This document shows positions 27,298-43,889 of a stretch of DNA of 64,000 nucleotides, in pieces. Each line of letters opens with the position of its first letter. Within the stretch, counting starts at the first letter, position 1. This stretch comes from the human T2T-CHM13v2.0 reference genome, Homo sapiens, in assembly GCF_009914755.1 (NCBI RefSeq), contig NC_060928.1; one strand, 5' to 3'. The position numbers and the translations under genes were made by a program. The notes beneath the pieces were generated by a model. That model was given only the letters and a program-made list of their open reading frames with translations. It made no database searches and had not been told where the DNA came from.

Positions 27298-28646
27298 CTG
27301 ACATTTTTCTTTTTAATCAACGGGAGAGAGTCTATAGTTGCCTTATGGCACCATAGTGAAACTGGAACTTTTGACTTCTTTTTTTTTTTTTTTCTTTAAA
27401 TCTTCATAGAATGTGTCTTTACAGCATGGGAAATTTTTTTTTTTTTTTTTTTTTGCTTTTCACTATATACAGCTAATGGCTTTTACTTATTTTCATTTAG
27501 ATCTAAGAACACATTTTAACAGTTACTGCTTCCTAATCTTGCTTTATCTGTATTAAAGAAGCATTTGGAAATTTATAATTGTTCTTGACCTTGGAGGTTG
27601 GTTTTCTCAACCTTTTTTTTCCTGCAATATGTAGTATCTTTAGTAATTTGGTACACTTATGATTTCTAAACAAAATATGTGTCTTTTGAACATTGTTGAA
27701 AAGTTAGTGTATGACCCCACAAAGAATTTGGAACAGGTGCCAGCCCAATTGTGACTGCCTGACTTCTTGTCCTTACACTGGGAGTTGTTAGCATGAAAAA
27801 ACAAAATGTCATGGCATTTTCTCTAAAATAATACTTTGAAAAGAATTTTTGTCCCTGGTGGTAAAAAACTTGGCACCCAGCAAGCAAGAGGATCTTGACT
27901 CATAGATGTATAAAAACATTGTCAGTGCCCCTGGAGCTACGGAATTCCTCTCTCATAGTAATTTTTCTAATGTCTGTAGCTCAGTTCATTAATTTTTATT
28001 TTGCTGCCTTGGAATTTGTCCATAAAAGTATTTTTTTTTCTATTTATTTTTAACCTGATCATCAAGTTCCTTGGCTTCTATGGGTGTACAGTTTGAATTT
28101 TTGTTGTTGTTGTTTTATTTTGTTTTGGGGTGTTTGGCTAGGAAGAACTAACTATAGGATGTTTGTCAGGGACATGTTCCTTGGGAAATTTATCTCACTG
28201 CTCTGTGCTTGTTTGACAGCTGTTCTTGCACTTCTGACTTTAATTCAAAAAGTTATAAAGCCATATGTGAGCAGCTGTTCACTGTTTTCATTAGGGCAAA
28301 ATAAGATCGGATGCAAATATTATCAGGAATGATTTAGGTTATATTGTAAAAATAATTTAGACTATATTGTAGGAATAATTTTACGGTAGTTATGATATAT
28401 TGTAAGTTATTAAAAAGAAGGTTCTAGAATTAAAAACAATTTTAAGCATAAAGTACTATTTGTTGAAAGATGAGAGGTGTTGAAAGATGATATACTGTCT
28501 GAAGGTAGGATAGTGAAACAGCTAGCTTTTGAATTCCTCTTCTAGTTCTAGGATTTTATGATTTCATGGTAGTGTTTATCCTTCTCTACAGACTAACTTT
28601 TCCCATGACTTCCTATGCTTTAGAACTCTTCTGTGTAATAATAAGC

Positions 28647-28863
28647 TTTTTTTTTTTGAGACAGAGTCTCGCTGTGTCACCCAGGCTAGAGTGTAGTGGC
28701 ATGCTCTTGGCTCACTGCAACCTCTGCCTCCCAGGTTCAAGCGAGTCTCCTGCCTCAGCCTCTTGAGTAGCTGGGATTACTGGCATGCACCACCACGCCC
28801 AGCTAATTTTTTTTTTTTTTTGTATTTTTAGTAGAGATGGGGTTTCACCATGTTGGCCAGGCT
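28647..28863 (-). mobile_element. 5'-truncated AluS
   Basis: Poly-T, gagacagagtctcgctgtgtcacccaggc..., ending at catgttggccaggct. Confidence 0.9.
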
Positions 28864-29084
28864 TTTTAAGCTGATTCATATTTATTTGTGAATTATTATC
28901 ATAGCCATAGAAAGAGTTATCATTTTTTTGGCTTTCAGGTACTAAAATCAAAATGCAAAATTGGTTTGCCTTTAGTTTAAAATGATCAGAACAAAAAAAA
29001 ATTAAGATAATTTAATGGCTTATCTTTTTCAGTAGTCCTCCAGAATATAAACTTTATAATCATCTCTCAGACATTTAAATAAAG

Positions 29085-29290
29085 TATCTAGTATTTATTA
29101 AATATTTACCACATGCCAGGCAAAGTACAATTAATTTAACATATGCTCTCCTGTTTAATTCTCACAGTGATCCTGAGACCTTAGGGTTTATTATCCCCAT
29201 ATTATAGAAGAGGAAAAAGTTTAGAGAGTTGAAGTAAATTACCCAAAGTCACATAGTAAGTACTGGGTCTGAGATTTGAACCCAAGACCA
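29085..29290 (-). mobile_element. MIR
   Basis: ttattatccccatattatagaagaggaaa...agagagttgaagtaaattacccaaagtcacatag...gagatttgaacccaag. Confidence 0.75.
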
Positions 29291-30376
29291 TTTTTTTTTT
29301 TTACCAAGTTCTAAATTTTAGAAGATATTTACTATATCAAAAAAGTATGAAGTTAAAAAGAATCAGAATGTAAAATTGTGAATATGTTAAACCATACATA
29401 CACATGCACACATGTGTGTTTGCATTTGGAGAGGCTAGAAGGTCCTACACCAAAATATTAACAAGGATTACTTTTAGGTATTGGCATACAGATAATTCTT
29501 ACATCCTTCTTTATAATTTCTTGTAGGCTATACTTCTTATATCTGCTATTCTCATAATCAACAAGGTGGGAATTGCTGCTATTTTTATATTCTAAAAACT
29601 TGACATCTTACATGTATGCAATTTTCAAATCTGTCTTCACTGTCTTATTTGAGAATTATAAAGCTGTTTTTCAGTAGCTTTTGTATTAATTTGTGTAAAG
29701 ACAGATATTTTATATATTTAGAGACTCTCTTTTAGGATACTTTTCTTATTTCTCTTTCTAGATTTCAGATTTTTTGGACATTATTGCACTCATCTTTGTG
29801 CCCCTACAGTCTCTAGGACAAATCCTGCACATAGAAGACATTTCTTAAAATTGATTGAATTTATTTCAGTAGTAAATTTTAGCCACAGTACAATAGTTGG
29901 AAAGAATAAACGAATTACAGTTGTAATAATAAAGGAAACTTAGGTTAAGAAAATTTCCTAGATTTGTTAATCAGTCATTTCTCTAACTTTGTCACCTAGT
30001 TCTACTAGGTGAATGGGTGGTTCCCTGACAACGTTGGGCACCCATCAAGGCTTTTTTTGTTTAGTTTTGTTTTTGTTTTTGGCTGAACCTTTTAACTCCC
30101 CATCTGCGTCATGCTTTTCTTTTTTTCTTGACCACAGCTTCTAGGATCTTAGTCTGCTTCCTTGTCCTCATGCTTTTATATATACATACAAACACAAACA
30201 CACACACACACATGCACACAGACACACACACGAGTATGTCAAATGATAAAAGTAATGCAGTTTCACTGTAGAAAATTTTCGTAATACCAAAAATTATTAT
30301 GGATAATATAGAAATTGCTTGTATTCCTATCACTTTAAAAATAACAATTTTTGAAAATACATATATGTGTATGTGG

Positions 30377-30640
<264 letters not shown>

Positions 30641-31727
30641 TAAAATCTTTATATTCTGCTTTTTTATTACATAAATTTTCAGAAAATATAAAATATCTTC
30701 TAAAATTTATTTAATTTCTATATGATTGTCCATTCTTTAAGTATTCTATAATTCATTTAATAGTTGTTTGATGTTTAGCATTGAGGTTGTTTCTAGGTTA
30801 TTTTCTGTCATACAGAGTGTTGTGCCATGAATCTTTGAAGAAGAAATCTTTTTGTATTTCCTGAACTGTTTTGGGAGGATAGTCTAGGAAGTAATATTAC
30901 TAGGTAAAATGTATGAACTTCTAAAATATGTTGCCAAGTACATTTAATAAACATTACGATTTTTTTCTTCTACCAGTGTGTGACAGTGTTGACTCATTGT
31001 CTATCACTGGCCTTGAGAAGTCCATATTTTACTCTTCGCTAATTTTATAAGCTGAAAACAGCTTTTCACTATTTTAATTTGGATGTTTTGGCTTTGATTA
31101 GTAGAGAGTTGAGCTTTTTACCCCCATAGTTTGATTTTGCATTTCTTTTTTGTATCATCCATTTCCTCTTATATTCCATACTTGTAACGGTACCTTTCCC
31201 AAGCTAGTTATTTAAGCTTTTTTTAAAAAAAAATTTTAATGATTTTTGAAATGGACTCTTTGAGCTTTTTTTTTTTCTTTTTTTACCTTTTCCCTTTTTA
31301 AGATTTTTATTCTTACCTATTAGGAAGACAACAAGGTATATCTAATTACATGACAAACAGTCTTCACCAAGAAGCCAGAATCTTAAATTTATAGCTCACT
31401 GTTGCCATCTGAGATATAAATAGAACTTCAGTTACTGTGTGTTGCTTTCCATTAAGTCTACTTCCTTGCTCTTCTTAAACCCCACTACTCCTTCTTTAAT
31501 GATAGCCCTTCTACGAACACATGGATCTTAATAGACTATAAGAATCACTTGATTGATGTGTTTCATTTACATTTTAGAGAACTTCCATAATAAATAAAAG
31601 CTCTCTCAGTGTGTCTCACAGAGAGATTATCCCACAAAGAAATGTTCCTCTTTGAGCATTTTCTTATATTTCTTCCTGTCTTCAAAATAAGTCAGATCAT
31701 TTAATTTATTTTAATCTTTTCTGTTAA

Positions 31728-33231
<1,504 letters not shown>

Positions 33232-33395
33232 GGGTTAAAACTCCTTTCAGAACTCTTTGATGAAGTCCCATGATCACTACCTGGGTGAGGGGTTCAACTG
33301 TAATCCAAACCTCAGCGTCACACAATATACTTGTGTAACAAACTGCATATGTACTCCTTGAATCTAAAATAAAAGTTCAAATAAAAAAGAAAAAA
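33232..33395 (+). other. Probable L1 3'-transduced segment (unique ~45 bp plus the 3' end of an older L1PB-like element and a second A tail)
   Basis: The TSD ATAATAATG(G/A)AATGCC (31792-31807, 33396-33411; 15/16) brackets the L1 and this segment together. Confidence 0.75.
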
Positions 33396-33739
33396 ATAAT
33401 AATGAAATGCCTGTAGAATATTTGTTTATTATGATTGGAGATTCCTAAATTGAGAGAAAGAACTTCCTCCACCAGTTAGTAATGAAATGCAGAAGTGAAA
33501 CTGAGTATCCTATACCTATAATATTTCCTTCTAACTCTTTCTTTGCCATTGTCACTAGGAGAGTTGGCATGCAAAAACATCTTGAGAGTTGCACATTTTA
33601 ATAAATTATTTACCTTTTCCACACAGGCCTTGATAGTCATATAAATTCAGTCTTGCTCAGAGTTGTCCAATCTTCTGGCTTCTCTTGTCCACATTGGAAG
33701 AATTATCGTCTCGGGCCACACATAAAATATACTAACACG

Positions 33740-36111
33740 GGCTCCGAGCAAGATGGCAGCCTCCGAGCCGGTTAGGCTACAGCTTCAATATGATTACCCA
33801 CTGCCAGCTACCCTGCACTGTACGGCCTTCCTGGCTTCTGGTTGACTTGAACAGGCGCCGAGTTGTCACAGATCTCATTAGTCTCATCCGCCAGCGATTT
33901 GGCTTCCGTTCTGGGGGCCCTCCGAGGCCTCTACCTGGAGCAGGGGTTCCTGCCCCCCACCGAGAGCGCATGCCTGATGAGAGACAATGACTGCCTCAGA
34001 GTTAAATTAGAAGAGAGAGGAGTTGCTGAGAATTCTGTAGTCATCAGTAATGGTGACAGTACTCATTTATCACTTAGAAAAGCAATGAAGTGGGCATTTA
34101 AGTTAGAGGAGGATGAAGAAACTAACCCAGATTACAACTATTCAAAGAAGCATTGGAAGAAGCAAGAGTACAATAACAATAATGAGAAGGTCTTGGATCT
34201 AGAACGAAAAGCGGTCACAGATCAGACTATAAGCAAAAAAAAAAAAAAAGAAACAAAAGAAAAAATAAAGCAACCTGTGGCACAACGGGTGATGATAACG
34301 AACAGACCCCCCAAAAAAAATCACCAAAGAAAAAGGAGAAATGTGAATATGAAAAAAAGGCCAGGAATCCCAAGTCACCTAAAGTACAGGCAGTAAAAGA
34401 CTGGGCCAATTAGAGATGTAGTTCTCCAAAAGGCTCTGCTAGAAACAGCCTTGTTAAAACCAAAAGGAAAGGTGGTGTAAGCGTTTGCTCAAACGAGAGT
34501 CCCAGTTCCTCCTCGGAGTCTGAGTCTTGTCATGAATCAATCATGATGGTCCCAGCAAAGTCACTTTGGAGGCCAGAAATTCCTCAGAGAAATTACCAAC
34601 TAAGTAATCAAAGGAAGGACCCTCTACCAAAAGTACAACTGCAGACAAACTGGCTACAAAATCTGGCTTTAGCCTTAACCCCCAGCAAGGGCAAGACCTC
34701 TGGAACATCATCTTCTAGTTCAGATTCTGGTTCAGAGTCAGAGGTGAATGCTTGATGTCATCGAGCACCCTGGAGTGTGCTGTGGATTTCTAAAAGACAG
34801 TAGGCCTTTTTGCAGGAAGAGGTTGTCCAGGCCCTGGGCTGTCATCACAGACTGCAGGTGCTACTGGATGGAAGCGTTCTGGGTTAAATGGTGGCAGACA
34901 GGCTCCTGGTCCTTCTCCCAGTGTGTCTCTCCCCAGTTTAGAAAGAGGATGGGGTAGAGGAGAGAACCTTTTTTCTTGGAAGGGAGCTAGGGGACGGGGA
35001 ATGCGGGGGAGAGGTCGAGGACAAGGGCATCCTGTTTCCTGTGTTGTAAATAGAAGCACTGACAACCAGAGACAACAGCAATTAAATAAAGTGGTAACAA
35101 ATTCATCTACTGTTTTCCAGAATCCGGTAGAGACACACTAGAAGGACTGTATGGTCTGTTACCGCTGTTAACAGCTGCCCCTCAAGTTGGAGAAAAGATT
35201 GCATTTAATCTTTGGAACTAACATCCAGTTACACTCTTCTGTTGTCTCTGATTACAAGGAAAAATATTAAGCCACAATCCAGAGACACAGCAAGTAGATA
35301 CAGAAATTCTTTCATCCTTACCTGCCTTGAGAGAACCTGGGAAATTTGATTTGGTTTATCACATTGAAAATGGAACCGAGGTAGTGGAGTATGCTGTGAT
35401 GCAGGAGAGCAAGATCACTGTATTTTGGGGAGAGTTGATTGATCCAAGACTGATTATTGAATCTCCGATTAACACATCAAGTACAGAACCTGTCTGAATA
35501 TGACCGCTCCATCTTATAGTTTATGAATGTCTTGTTTGTGAAAGTGACTATAACTTGAACTTTTTTTTTTAAGAGGATTTGAAAGTTGTATGGGTTTTTT
35601 TGTTATCTTCACTTTACTGCATAGGAAACAATCTACCTCATCATTTAAAATGACATGGGTGTCGGTTTTGTAGACCTTTGGTTTTTTTGTCAGGTTCAAT
35701 TTCAGTTAACAAAATGTAAAACATGACATTCCCTGCAAACGTTGTTGTATACCAATACGTATGGTTTCTTCTCTTTTTTAAAAGTTTTTGACCATCAAGC
35801 AGCAGTTGTCAGTAGGAGTTTATAATACCAAGAATGTGCTGCATATCTTGTCTCATTAAGTTTTAAGTAACATTTAAAACTATTAAAGCATGTTACTTGA
35901 CCTAATTTTATAGCATTTGAGTTGTCCCATTAAATGGAGCATCTCGTAAATTTCAAGTATTTTATACTTGGCAATGGTTAAGAGTTAAAAGGTAGTTGGA
36001 TTTGTCACAGACAATGAGTTAAGGAATCCTTTCACGTTTTTCCCAACTTTAAAATTAAGGATTCTCAGGGCCCTGTGTAGAGCAGTAAAAATAAGACCTC
36101 GTGTATGTGTA

Positions 36112-36143
<32 letters not shown>

Positions 36144-36419
36144 TCTGTCTGTCTGTCTGGAGGAGAATTGATTGGTGTTCCACTTGGGTGAGAGGGTTGG
36201 CTGTGAGCCTCAGACCAGGAAATGTGTCATCTTGCCAAGCACCTGGCTGAGTGTGCTGGAGTGAGGATTTGAACAGAAACTTCCTTTTCTGTTATTATTC
36301 ACTACAAAGCTTAAGTGGCCAAATATATACTGTGAAAATTGGTTTCTTTTAACAAAAGATCAGATCCCTCCTTCAGCTGTACACATTTTTAAATAAAATC
36401 ATATAGAACTAAAAAAAAA
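33740..36419 (+). pseudogene. COILP2: Processed pseudogene of coilin (probably COILP2): full CDS remnant, 3' UTR and poly(A)
   Basis: ATG at 33753 ([16 protein letters not shown], vs coilin MAASETVRLRLQFDYP); [25 protein letters not shown]; RG box [10 protein letters not shown]; stop at 35495-35497; no introns; AATAAA 36392-36397; A tail; TSD ATACTAACACG at 33729-33739 and 36419-36429; multiple frameshifts. Confidence 0.93.
36101..36159. repeat. (TG)n/(TCTG)n microsatellite in the COIL-derived 3' UTR
   Basis: Read directly from the sequence. Confidence 0.9.
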
Positions 36420-38075
36420 TACTAACACGAACGATAGGTGATGAGCTAAAAAAAATTGCAAAAAAATCTCATAATATTTTAACAGACTTTACCAATTTGT
36501 GTTGGACTGAAGGTTGGCCAAGCTTGGTTTAGCTTAAGTTATATGGATTATTTGTACAACAGAATTGAGTTGATTTCTGCGGTATTTTGAAGAGTGAAAG
36601 TGGTTTTTTAAATTTGTACTGTACTTATGTTATAAAGCAATATGAGTAATATACTTTATGTGTGAGACCTTACGTGCTCTAAGAAATACTTTTGTTAAGG
36701 ATTTATATTTATGGTGGAGTATTCGTTACAACATGGGGTCTATACATACTTGTAAAGAAATTAAGGATAGAGAATGCATCACTCAGACCCCAATCTTTCC
36801 ATTCATATAGATTGATTAGTCATCACATAGTCCATATTTTTCTACTATATTCAAGTCCCAGTTGACACCTTATGCATCATATTCCTTAGTTCCCAAACAT
36901 GTTCCCTTATTTCTTTTCATGTAACTTTTAATTACTCATTTGTCCGAGTCTGAATCCTGAATATTACCCTTGATACCATTTTGTTTCACCACCCCTCTCC
37001 AAATGTAGCTTTAAGTTTTTCCTGTTTCTTTTTCTACTCCCAGAACCCACAATTATAGCTCTGAAGTATCCTTCCAGTGAGTTTTCAGTATCTGCATGTG
37101 TTTACTCTAGCTCAAGGTGTGTTTTTTTTTCTGATATTTATGTCATTAATTGATCTCTCTGATGAATCTTGTCAGAGAAATCTTCCAGAAGGACATTTCA
37201 GACCATATTGCTTTCTAGATTAAAAAACTTCAAAGACTTCCAAGAATGTACAAAGAATTCTCTTGAATTCCTTCCTCTGGTCTTCAGGGCCCTATGCTAT
37301 GACTTCAACTTTTCTTTATTTCCCTCCCTCAAATATTTTTTCTCTTTTCCTTTTTATACTTCTTTCCTTCTGAGCTTTCTGTCACTTTTTGGCCTGTACC
37401 TAGCCATTTCCCTGTTCTTGCATTTCCAAATCTCATCTATCCTTCGAGAGTTGGCTTTTACGTTTGTCTTCCAGCTAGAAGTAGTCTTTTCTTCCTGGGA
37501 ACTCCCAATGGCCTTTTCAGTTTGTTATTGTACTTAGTATCCTTTCTGTTGAACTGTGGTTGTTCATGGTTACTGGTTGTTATAGTTAGTTCTTTAACGC
37601 ATGGATTCCTGTCTCATTATTCTATTTCTTGTGTACGTTTTCTGGTACACGTATATTCTTAAGACATATAAAGAGCTGTCTTGTTCTGGGGGTATTTCTT
37701 AGTTGAGAAAAATAAAACCTTGGGGATACTTTATATGCTAAAGATAAAAATGATTGTGTGTTCTATAAAGATCTACAAAAATATGCTTGGAAGTAGTTTT
37801 GCTAAAAAACAGGTATAAGAAATTAGATATATAGATGAGACCTTGGATGACTTGACTCAAACCACTTTCAGACAGATGAAACGTAACTTCTAAATCTTTC
37901 TAGAAGGTTAGATTTTACGATATGCTCAATCATTTAAACAGTTATTTATATGAGACTTACAAGCAGAATTTTTTTTTTTTTTAGTATTTTTACAATATGC
38001 AGTTCACATTTTATGTACTCCTAATTTACTTCTTGTTATTCTTGGAATTTTTTAAAGGATTTTCCTGATTCTTAA

Positions 38076-38405
<330 letters not shown>

Positions 38406-39157
38406 TAAATTTTTTAATCGCTACTCTCTCTTGGCCTCCCCCAACCCCCATTCTCTGACTCCTACCTTTAGGAGAACGAATAAAGGCATCTTAAGGAGCA
38501 GTGATTCTTTTTTTTTTATTTGATGTTGATGGCAATATAATATAGGGAGATGAGTGATAAGAAATAAATTCGTGCATGTAATCAGCAAATCATGGTAGAC
38601 ATTGGGAAGACTGCTTTATTTAGTTTCTTGATTCTGGTATTTCTTATATCCATGTGTAACAGAAGCTAATCTTTTTTTTTGTTTGTTTCTACATTTTTAA
38701 TTATAGACTTTTGCTTAACCAGGACTTAAAGATAAACATGACAGTGAATTCAATATTTACATACCTAGAATTTTCAAATGAACAAGACACTTGTTATGGT
38801 ACACTAAATTCTTTAAAAATACTTTTCCATTCAGAAAGTATATGTGCATTGTTTTTATTCTGAACCACACACACATTTTATTTGTTCATTGCTTCGCCCC
38901 GATTAACTGGGATAGATAATCTTTCATGATATGTAGTTGTACACTTACTTTAGGACCAGATATTAATTTTATGTAACATTATGATATATCCAGATACTTA
39001 ATCCACACATATAAAACTGTAAATCCATTTCTGTGGACTGTATCACAAAAATATATACCTAAATAGATTAACTATCAATTCATTTCAGAAAAGGCACATG
39101 ATCATCTGTTTTGATATTACCAGGGAATTTTTTACATAACAGAATGCATTTTCTTTA

Positions 39158-39372
39158 GCGTGATCTTGGCTCACTGCAAGCTCCGCCTCCCAGGTTCATG
39201 CCATTCTCCTGCCTCAGCCTCCCGAGTAGCTGGGACTACAGGTGCCTGGCAAATTTTTTGTATTTTTAGTAGAGACAGGTTTCACTGTGGTCTTGATCTC
39301 CTGACCTCATGATCCGCCTGCCTCGGCCTCCCAAAGTGCTGGGATTACAGGCGTGAGCGACTGCGTCCGGCC
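39158..39372 (-). mobile_element. AluY (Yd-lineage 12-bp deletion), lacking its 3' end and tail, with 15-bp TSD
   Basis: gcaagctccgcctcc...gccattctcc (Y diagnostics); gagatcaagacCACAGTGAAA on the - strand; CAGAATGCATTTTCT at 39140-39154 and 39373-39387. Confidence 0.85.
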
Positions 39373-39649
39373 CAGAATGCATTTTCTGTCTTAGAACATT
39401 GAAATCATTGGCAGTTTGAAAGCACAAAACTTCAGAGTAGTTTGTCAACTTTTGGCTTTACTTAAGATTTTTATAGAATGATACTTAGGTGTGATTAAGC
39501 TGTTTGTTCTTTAAGAATCAGTATCTTCAACATATTTTTTATTTTCTGGAAGATATTGGAGAGTAAAGATGGGGGAGGAGACCATTTACAGCATGATCAC
39601 TTATGGGGAATCACAACTACAGTTTTAAAGGTTTCAGGTTTATTTGTTA

Positions 39650-39935
39650 TTTTTTTGAGACATGGTCTCACTCTGTGGCCTAGGCTGAAGTATAGTGGTG
39701 TGATTATAGCTCACTGTAACCTCAAATTCCTGGGCTCAAGCTATTCTTCTGCCTCAGCCTCCTGAGCAGCTAGGACTACAGGTGTGAGCCATCACACCAG
39801 CTAACTTTTTAACATTTTTGTAGAGACAGGGTCTCACTGTGTTGCCCAGGCTGGTCTCAAACTCCTGGCCTCAAGCAGCCCTCCCACCTTACCCTCCCAA
39901 AGTGCTGGGATTATAGGAGTGAGCTGCTGCAACAC
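39650..39935 (-). mobile_element. AluJ
   Basis: gagacatggtctcactctgtggcctaggctg...cctgggctcaagc...ctcccaaagtgctggg. Confidence 0.85.
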
Positions 39936-40723
39936 AGCAAAGGTTGCGGTTTTAAGGGTTGAAGTAATGAGTGATTTTGTCACTTCCCAGGACAACTTGA
40001 TTTCTCCTTGGTCCTTGTCCTTTTATCATGTGGTAATGGGGATGGCTGTGTTTACTGGCATTTTCTAGTCTTTTTACTCTCATCTCCATTTTTTCTGTTC
40101 TTACCTTGTATATTCTACAATTGTATATTCATAGTATTAGAATTTTTCTTGTCTACTGGAAATCTAAAATTTATTTAAGAACCTGTGAGCGAAGTCCTCA
40201 TCAGATAAGTTTTCGACTTAACTCTTAAGAGCACACTTATTTTCTTACAAACTAGTATCTTACTTTTTCTGTGATCCAAGGTAATAATTTTAGATACTAC
40301 TAAGACTGCTTTCTGGACTATCCTAGAATTACTTAGAAATATATTTATTATCTTTTTTGAACATAAACATTTCATAACCTTAGACAATTTCATTTTTAGT
40401 CTTTTTTTCACTATGAGGAAATTGTAAATGATTCTTTGAAAGGTTTAACTTTGTACACTGCTATATAAAATAACCAGGCACACATTCATTTATTTGAGCT
40501 TTTTCATTAGATTTTTAGGTCACAGACAGAAAAGCCACATGATGTTAACAAATTATCTTCATCAATTGAGTTCATAACTCAGAGATTATTACATGTCCTA
40601 GTTACTAATTTTGATTTAGTGTGGATTTTTATTCAGTTTAGAATTTAGTGTGGTTCGACAGTATTATTCAATTTTTGAATCTGTATGGAGGATATACTTA
40701 ATGAATGATGGGTTTTTATTTTT

Positions 40724-40951
40724 CAAATTGAATATCCCTTATCAAAATGCTTTGGACCTGAAGTGTTTAGATTTTGAATTTTTTTGCATTTTGAAATATT
40801 TGCATTATACTTCCCAGTTGAGCATCCCTAATCTGAAAATTTGGAATCTAAAATGCTAAAGTGGGCATTTTCTTTGAGTGTCATGTTGGAGCTCAAAACG
40901 TTTTGAATTTTGGAGCATTTTGGATTTTTAGATTTAGGGATACTCAACATG
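40724..40951. mobile_element. Tigger4a/MER46-type DNA transposon MITE
   Basis: Inverted ends caaattgaatatccct...agggatactcaacatg, with an internal ttgagcatccctaatctgaaaat. Confidence 0.8.
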
Positions 40952-41119
40952 TACTATTCGTTCAACTCTCCTATAGGTTTAAAATTTTTTTAAATACAAA
41001 GTTGGGAATATGAAAATAATTTGCTTTCTACTAGCATTTTCATTGGTCCTTTTATTTTCATCTATTCAGTGTTTGTGAGGAAAGTTTTAAAGTAACAATA
41101 CCATACAGCTTATGTATGA

Positions 41120-41453
<334 letters not shown>

Positions 41454-42294
41454 CTGTTCTGTTTAATTTTAACTTCCTGTTTAAAAAACTTGGCAACTTT
41501 TGTTCAACCCAAATGTTTGGTTTCAACCTATATATTTGTTTTCTACAAGCTTTAAGTGTTAAAAGTTAGTTTGAAATTTTGAAATAACAAATCTTACACA
41601 TTTTGAAAGTGATCAGAAAAAGTAGACATACACTAGAATTCTCTAGCCAGTTAGGAAACACAAGTATTTTAAACAGATTGAAAGGAAAAACTCCCTATCA
41701 CTTTTCACAATGGTAGTTACTACTTTTAATCTTCAAGATATTTTGATAGACTTACACTTCTTCCTCTAAGTTTATGAAAGAACCTTTTAGCTTCCTCTAT
41801 GCATCTTTTCTGAACAGGGATTAAAAGATACATACTGTACTCAGGGTGGAGACTTCAGCTTGGCTTGTGTGAGCTCTTAATGCCCTCTGGCATATATATG
41901 TGTTTTTGTGTAGATTGTGACATTTGACATACTGTGTAAGTTTAGTTTGTTATCTGGGCCAGTTACGTAAAATACTTTCCAGTTGAAATTTCCTTTCTGC
42001 TTCTCTCTTGCTTTTGTCTGGAGTGCTACAATAGATTAATTGCCCTGGGATAGCTGCATTGCTTTACTATATGAAGAACTGTCACTAATTCTGCAAGAAA
42101 TGTGGTTAGGTCTTTGACAGGGATTTTCAGCAAATAATTATTCTGGTAAATACAGGAATGTAATGAGCTTAGTATATCCTTGACTTTTTGGGAAATTTTC
42201 TTCTCTATACTTGTCTCAGAGAGGAATTGTATAAAATAGATTTCATTTCCAGAAAAACCTGTGGTTTATTCAAAGTAGTGCACAATTCAGAGTA

Positions 42295-43034
<740 letters not shown>

Positions 43035-43889
43035 TAATTACTATTTGTCATTTAACTAGATATATTAATATTCTCTTATCAAAGGTACAAGATAATCTGA
43101 AATTTAAAAATTCCAAATTCATCTTTAGGCTTCTGTTTTTTAATTTTTGCATGGGAAGCTGCATAGCTCTTTTAATTACAGAATGCTTTAAGATTACAAA
43201 TAAGGATAATGATTTTAAGAAGGTTAAGTGACTTTTCGAAGGTCTAAGTGGTAGTGATGGCACTGAAATTTAGTCTCAGAACTTTCTGACTCAAGAGTCT
43301 GAGCTCTTAACCACTGTATTATATATATGCTCTTCCATTTCCCTTTTTGTTTTTTTTAAAAAAATAGAACTAGTGTCCAATGGCTTTTTTCATTAATTAC
43401 ACAAAGTTACCAGGGAAGATAGTTTAAGTAGTTTCTGTAGGGTAGGTTTAGAGAAGTGGAAAGATGTTTCTGGGAACTGGTTTGAAAAATAATTTTGTTT
43501 CTCTAGGACAAAGAAAACAGAAAAATAACATGGCTTTGGTCTAGGAGTAAAAGTTAATAGGAAAGGGCAATCACAGCCAAAGATACAGGAAACTGTTCAA
43601 TGAAATAGAAGTGCCTGGAAAAAGACTGATGGTGGGATAATGGGGAGCTTAAAATTTACCTGTTAGTATATAATTTGTGCCCTTGATATTGAGTATGTCA
43701 CGATGAAAAGAACACTAAGCTGGGATTCACATTGCTTGGATTTACTTCCTAACCTTAGCACTTTTTAGTTTTGCAGCCTTAAGCAAGTTCTGTAAGTCTC
43801 ATTTTTTTCATCCAGAAAAGTATAACATTTGTACATTATAAGCTTTGGGGAGCATTATGCTTAAAAAGGCAAATGAAAAAGTTTTTGGG

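Larger units (their letters stand above)
33658..36526. mobile_element. MER30 hAT-Charlie MITE split by the COIL retrocopy (arms 33658-33739 and 36419-36526)
   Basis: tgtccaatcttctggctt...ccacattggaagaa...gggccacacataaaatatactaacac continues as actaacacgaacgataggtgatgagctaaaaaaaattgcaaaaaaatctcataat...ttggccaagcttg. Confidence 0.85.

Noticed and set aside
25785-27399. Many GC-rich ORFs, including SR-repeat and GE-repeat peptides
   Set aside because: Translations of the SVA VNTR, Alu-like and hexamer regions.
29992-30012. 9-bp perfect stem TCACCTAGT-tct-ACTAGGTGA
   Set aside because: Short enough to be expected by chance in 64 kb.
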